The position numbers were made by a program, and so were the translations under genes. From Anaeramoeba ignava BMAN (Eukaryota; Protista; Anaeramoebae): 64,000 bases of DNA. The notes beneath the pieces are model-generated. The model worked only from the letters and a program-made list of their open reading frames with translations. It searched no databases and was not told where the DNA came from. Below, one piece after another: positions 62,301-64,000 of this stretch. The stretch is taken from contig JAPDFW010000092.1 in the NCBI GenBank assembly GCA_028826165.1, positions 1,063,285 through 1,127,284 on the forward strand. The letters are read 5' to 3'. The first letter of the stretch is position 1. Each line of letters begins with the position of its first letter.

Positions 62301-63832
62301 CAACTTTAATTTGTTTGCCAAAATCATTAACAAGTTATTCAGTTTCCAATTTACTTCAAGGTGAAAATTATGAAATTTCAATATTTGCATCTGCTAGTTG
62401 GGGCTGTGAAACAAATCAATATTCAGGATTACCTTCATCAACTTCAGTTACAACTGATATGTTACCTGCTCCTTCAAATGTTCAATCTTATTCTGAAATT
62501 GAACAAATCAAATTAACTTTCTCACAAGTATCTCAAGCAAAATCTTATTTAGTTTCAATTGATAATCAATTAACTTGGATAAATTTCACAACATTAATTC
62601 CAAATGAAAATGAAATGATTGGAACAATAAATGAATTATCTGGAAATGTTGATTATTATATTTCAGTTAGAGGATGTACTGATACAAGTTGTGAACCTCA
62701 ATATTTAGGAATAGCAAGTTCAACAATTACAAATAAGCCTAAATTAGGGAATATAACAGGATTAAATTGTAATCCAACAATTTGTGGATTTGAATGTGAA
62801 TGGAATGAATTAGAATTATCAAATGGATTAGAAAAATATTCATTATCTTATAATTCTGAATCAATTTGTTTGGATAAATCATTAACAAGTTATTCAATTT
62901 CAGATTTACTTGGAGGAGAAAATTATGAAATTTCAATATTTGCATCTGCTGATTTAAATTGTTCATTTAATGAATATTCAGGATTATCTTCATCAACTTC
63001 AGTTACAACTGATATGTTACCTGCTCCTTCAAATGTTCAATCTTATTCTGAAATTGAACAAATCAAATTAACTTTCTCACAAGTATCTCAAGCAAAATCA
63101 TATTTAGTTTCAATTGATAATCAATTAACTTGGATAAATTTCACAACATTAATTTCAAATGGAAATGAAATGATTGGAACAATAAATGAATTATCTGGAA
63201 ATGTTGATTATTATATTTCAGTTAGAGGATGTACTGATACAAATTGTACAGTTGAATATGCAGGATATCCAAGTTCAACAATTACAAATAAACCTAAATT
63301 AGGGAATATAACAGGATTAAATTGTAATCCAACAATTTGTGGATTTGAATGTGAATGGAATGGATTAGAATTATCAAATGGATTAAGAGGATATTCATTA
63401 TCTTATAATTCTGAATCAATTTGTTTGGATAAATCATTAACAAGTTACTCAGTTCCAGATTTAATTGGAGGAGAAAATTATGAAATTTCAATATTTGCAT
63501 CTGCTGATTTAAATTGTTCATTTAATGAATATTCAGGATTATCTTCATCAACTTCAGTTACAACTAACATGTTACCTGCTCCTTCAAATGTTCAATCTTA
63601 TTCTGAAATTGAACAAATCAAATTAAATTTCACAAAATTATCTCAAGCAAAATCTTATTTAATTTCAATTGATAGTAAATCAAGTTGGATCAATTTCACA
63701 TCATTAATTCCAAATGGAAATGAAATGATTGGAACAATAAACGAATTATCTGGAAATGTTTATTATAATATTGCAGTTAGAGGATGTACTGATACAAGTT
63801 GTGAACCTCAATATTTTGGAAGTCCCAAGTGA
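59360..63832 (+). CDS. Tandem paralog of the 49910-57850 surface protein (one propeller + FN3-like repeats); 3' end probably artefactual or partial
   Basis: Near-identical signal peptide, propeller and repeats. The stop at 63832 coincides with the onset of garbled sequence. Confidence 0.85.
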   Translation: MINSKRFLFIFALILFLFGLTQTHQVYSSSSSNGLKDSYSWDLAQTITSPDSSSTFGFSVSLSPNISVIGDPSQTKVLVYQLEDGNWNSFQNITRSDYSSFGWDVSVSEDSIILYVGAPASAYGTMPYYFDGSQYVNGFPSTDEFISDLPINGLMADPTTYGWSVATSASLKMYLYGSSKYNVIYGLLGDSNWFPYTGLSGEGLGWEVDISENPSIAVASCFSVKKVYLLSASVSEFTYIFDITSTLDGFGNDVAISNDGNVVVVAAMESNTVVIYRRSGDIWNEEKVISVNSSNFGSSVSISEDGNIVVVGANLTDEVYIYSYSESDWNEEKVLSGASSFGTDVSISGDILLVSAPQSREVSYFNRTYIPLPLIPPLIELINCSSGYSEFECYWNQPENNVSLYFQIDYGNGYTQIINPVFDLSQNVFYQEFNSSLYLGIYGNKEYSIQLQACNLTEDECGDPSESTTLKTMIDCVEDFELIGLADSINVSWNLPNVEIIEEVPHLDHYKIGYLCENMEIPEYLDVNNTSNSYQITELEARNECNVSICACRTPSCSGDDEGEVVYDIVQVGFGPVLNLKCLVSNVLDVNCSWLAPESSQSPYYYNITYKSNSFEDEEEYQLSQLYQNFTVKLPNQYYQINVSACSSNGECGNISSTSVTTDNLTAPTIYESISKIEAIELNFTKLSEAKSYLVSIDNKSTWINFTTLILNGNEIIGTINGLSGNIDYYISVRGCTDTSCEPQYLGDPSETITNKPKLGNITGLNCISTICGFECEWNELELSDGLRAYTFTYNSTSICLDKSLTSYSVSNLLQGENYEISIFASASWDCETNQYSGLSSSTSVTTDELPAPSNVQSYSEIEQIKLNFTKVSQAKSYLISIDNKLTWINFTTLIPNGNEIIGTINGLSGNVYYNISVRGCTELSCANQYLGDASETITNKAKLGNITGFNCNATICGFECEWDELELSYGLRAYLFTYNSTLICLPKSLTSYSVSNLLQGENYEISIFASASWGCETNQYSGLPSSTSVTTDMLPAPSNVQSYSEIEQIKLTFSQVSQAKSYLVSIDNQLTWINFTTLIPNENEMIGTINELSGNVDYYISVRGCTDTSCEPQYLGIASSTITNKPKLGNITGLNCNPTICGFECEWNELELSNGLEKYSLSYNSESICLDKSLTSYSISDLLGGENYEISIFASADLNCSFNEYSGLSSSTSVTTDMLPAPSNVQSYSEIEQIKLTFSQVSQAKSYLVSIDNQLTWINFTTLISNGNEMIGTINELSGNVDYYISVRGCTDTNCTVEYAGYPSSTITNKPKLGNITGLNCNPTICGFECEWNGLELSNGLRGYSLSYNSESICLDKSLTSYSVPDLIGGENYEISIFASADLNCSFNEYSGLSSSTSVTTNMLPAPSNVQSYSEIEQIKLNFTKLSQAKSYLISIDSKSSWINFTSLIPNGNEMIGTINELSGNVYYNIAVRGCTDTSCEPQYFGSPK

Positions 63833-64000
63833 AACAATCACAACTTAAAGAAGCAGAGTAGGGAAGCATTTGCACAGATTCAGGTGGCTTCCAACAGGTG
63901 ATTTGAAATTATTAGAGAATGAGTAGGATGAGTGAGCCCTCAGATGGATTGAAACGCCTGCAGTACATCTTGTATTCAACTTCGTTGTGTAATCAACCAA

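Noticed and set aside
63810-64000. GC-richer terminal sequence as a foreign insertion, or a real stop making a secreted isoform
   Set aside because: It still tracks the 540-nt repeat unit (CCAAGTGAAACAAT.., TAGGGAA.., TCAGATGGATT.., ATTCAACTTC) with many errors. Looks like low-quality, unpolished sequence.

Overview
Extremely AT-rich eukaryotic (protist) genomic DNA with GT-AG spliceosomal introns, many of them filled with short tandem repeats. The BTB/TLDc gene families, N/Q/E low-complexity tracts and a nuclear intein resemble the anaerobic amoeba Anaeramoeba (Metamonada); this is an inference, not proven. Genes in order: BTB protein (5'-partial); frameshifted BTB-BACK-TLDc gene; orphan BTB 3' fragment; MTHFR (5 exons); a signal-peptide protein resembling HAP2/GCS1 fusogen domains I+II but with no domain III or TM anchor; divergent actin; Rho GTPase (exon 2 corrupted); cohesin SMC1 with a 359-aa intein in its Walker A motif; Nbp35; NOT4; tandem DH-PH RhoGEF; TOM1/THH1-like membrane protein; Abraxas-like protein; guanine deaminase; UBL + Q/N-rich + beta-helix protein; listerin (LTN1); and two tandem giant FG-GAP-propeller/FN3-repeat surface proteins. 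Best candidates for novelty are the SMC1 intein (decayed LAGLIDADG nuclease plus an AP2-like insert) and the anchorless HAP2-like protein. Several frameshifts look like long-read consensus errors. All homology calls come from manual translation and motif recognition; no searches were run.
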